From: Marsupella aquatica
Lineage: Eukaryota > Plantae > Marchantiophyta
Length of the DNA stretch: 64,000 bases
Direction of reading: 5' to 3'
Assembly (NCBI GenBank): GCA_973895155.1
Contig: OZ316891.1
Coordinates: 24,799,899 to 24,863,898, forward strand
The stretch's first letter is position 1, and each line of letters starts with the position of its first letter. This document shows, in pieces, positions 61,791 to 64,000 of the stretch. The notes below the pieces were generated by a model. The model saw only the letters and a program-made list of their open reading frames with translations. It made no database searches and was not told the origin of the DNA. The translations under genes and the position numbers were made by a program.

Positions 61791-62849
61791 TTAATCATCT
61801 AAAATTTCAAATTCTATACCTCCATGAATATGTCTACATGACTGATTTGAACAAGTGAGTCGCTCTCCATTTGGGTCATATAGTCTGTCACGAGTGCAAG
61901 TGTCTTTGGGATAACGGTTTTTAAACTTAGAGGTGAGATCCCTAGTCTTTAGAACTTCCCAGACAAATCGGCGAGGATTTTCTCTGAAGGGACCTGCATA
62001 AGACTCGCCCAAACAGTTGTTGACCACATCTTTCATATCATCTTCGGTCAGGTTCTCAAATGTAGGGTAGGATTGTACCATATCCCTCACTTCCCAACAT
62101 ATCTCATCTCCAGTGACATCCAAGATGGTATACTCAATCTTGGAACGCCAAATCTTACTTCCCCACTTATGGGAAAGTAAATCATAGATTGCAGTATTAC
62201 TTTCACGGTCATCATTTATATTAACAAATGACCAAAGTGGATTGTTGACAGATATATATTGTCGGATGTCATAAGCCTTCCACAATTTTCTAAGGAATGG
62301 CCAAAGTATCTCTGGTAGAAAAGTGTCACTCTCGGCAATGTGTGAGAAGGGAGTTGGGAACAAACCACTATACTGTGGATTTGCAAAAGCCTTCACTGGA
62401 GAGTCATCAATAAGTAGAGTGTTTGTATCATCATACTTGTCTCCAAAACGACTCCACACCACACGCAAATCCTTCAACATAATATTTGCTTTCCCATCTG
62501 CTACGTCCGGTCTTTTTAGGCCAGTATCAAAAGCATCTTCTTGTGTGAAAACAAATTTAAATTGCCTCCGCTCCTCTTCTTTGAAAATCAAATTCATCAT
62601 TTCATTAGTTCTTGGCCTCCCCGCACAAGTCCACAATGCGACATCAAAACCTTTGAAAGCCACCTCCAAAAATTGGTGCAACCCTGGCCTTTCCACATAC
62701 ATGAAATTGAATCCACCCCGTCTCCCCCAATGCACACCCCGCACAGTTGTTGTAGATCTTAACGGTCCCGAGCTTTTTGTTTTGACGCAATCCCAACAAA
62801 TTTTGTTCAGGTCCAAAATCAAGAGTTTTCTTCTTATATCAGAGTGCAA
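61791..62849 (-). CDS. FCP1/NIF-family (HAD-like) phosphatase-domain protein, probably the last exon of a gene whose upstream exon is 63176-63976
   Basis: LLILDLNK, ERPGLHQFL...FDVALWT, MLKDLRVVW and TLLIDDSPVKA are FCP1-homology motifs. A minus-strand acceptor TTGCAG lies near 62864. Confidence 0.75.
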   Translation of the reverse strand: MHSDIRRKLLILDLNKICWDCVKTKSSGPLRSTTTVRGVHWGRRGGFNFMYVERPGLHQFLEVAFKGFDVALWTCAGRPRTNEMMNLIFKEEERRQFKFVFTQEDAFDTGLKRPDVADGKANIMLKDLRVVWSRFGDKYDDTNTLLIDDSPVKAFANPQYSGLFPTPFSHIAESDTFLPEILWPFLRKLWKAYDIRQYISVNNPLWSFVNINDDRESNTAIYDLLSHKWGSKIWRSKIEYTILDVTGDEICWEVRDMVQSYPTFENLTEDDMKDVVNNCLGESYAGPFRENPRRFVWEVLKTRDLTSKFKNRYPKDTCTRDRLYDPNGERLTCSNQSCRHIHGGIEFEILDD

Positions 62850-64000
62850 TTTAGGAGTGAAATCTGCAAAGATCCAAATGAATCAAAATTATATCTAAAA
62901 GATATAAAAGAAAAACTTAGGGTCGAACCTGGATCGACCCGACCTAATGGGAAAACAAACATAACATTTTTGAATGTCAAAGCATTTTGATATATCAATG
63001 TAGAAGTACCTTGCTCAAATGCTTTGTCTTGGACCAGGGTACTGCTTGCTGAAGGTAGACCAATAATATCCTTCGATGGAAGAGATGCTATGACAAAACT
63101 TTGGTCTGTCCATATATGATTTCCAAACATAATATTTTAGATTATTGTGAAAAATAGAAGAACAAAACCATAATATTAACCTCCACTACTAAATGACCCA
63201 TATTCATCTATCATTTTATCACCTAGATCACTTTGGATATCAGAATTGATGCCAACAGGAAGCTGCTCCACCAACGTTGGCGGCGCAAACACTGGACTCA
63301 ATCTCAATTTGTCTATTATGTAATCAGGTTTGACCATTAACTTAGGCGCATCCTCCAACGTTTCTTTCAATCCAACTTTAGGTCCATTTCTCCAAATGAA
63401 ATGAGTTGCATGACGGACTGTCTTCATATATCCTGTTCTACCTATCTCAGATCCAGACTTTTTAGACAAGCGTAATATTATGGGGCTTCCGCTTGACATC
63501 CTTGTGAAGACCAATTTATTCCCTAGCGAACAAAATTGAGGAGACTCGGAACAAGTTGAAGCACCTGCCTCTTCAGCTTCAACATTTGTTGTCTCTCCAA
63601 GTGGAAGGTTGTCTTCAATCGCTTCTGCAATACCAACTTGTAGGTCCGTGGTGGGTGTAGTGGCCCCAATATTTTGCCAACCTGCATCCAATGTGCACGA
63701 TACCTGCGGTCTCTCGGGATGCAATTTTGATACTTCAGGGTTGAGAGGATTTGATGGAGGGTCGCTCTCAGGGCGACCCGACATCACTATGTCGAGTTGA
63801 GGTAGCCCTTCAACACCGTAGGTAGTAATGCCAACCATTTCTGTTGCTCGAGCATCCCAATTTCCGCCAAAATCCTCCTCTACCATTGGACTTGAACCTC
63901 CATCATCATGCTGCAACTCACCATCCTCAAGGTCAACTCGCTGAGGGCCCGGTTGGGGTTGTCCATAGGCCCGCAAAGAACACTTAGATGAGCTCTACTA

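Overview
Eukaryotic plant genomic DNA, probably from an early-diverging land plant such as a bryophyte (inference from the TE families and intron style). About 1-43.4 kb is one deeply nested transposon pile. A Bianca-type Ty1/copia element (30921-43421) hosts three copies of a non-chromoviral Ty3/gypsy family ('family A'). The left-hand copy contains further family-A, family-B, Mutator-like and Athila-like insertions. One intact host gene follows: a 9-exon CYP85-clan cytochrome P450 (48106-52619). Further LTR remnants and an FCP1/NIF-like phosphatase ORF close the window. The main unusual signal is that family-A LTRs are about 4.7 kb long and contain a ~1200-codon ORF (plant-transposon/Athila-ORF-like domain plus long coiled coil) inside the LTR itself. 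This is shown by a PPT-to-PBS-defined LTR and by a solo LTR with a 5-bp TSD. Other putative LTR families in the window carry homologous ORFs. The family-A element also has an exact second copy of its PPT near its centre. A large Mutator-like element carries F-box-like and AT-hook cargo plus a palindromic motif repeated in its introns, spacers and a 37-bp array, which recalls the VANDAL/VANC architecture. All calls come from reading the sequence by eye; no database searches were run.
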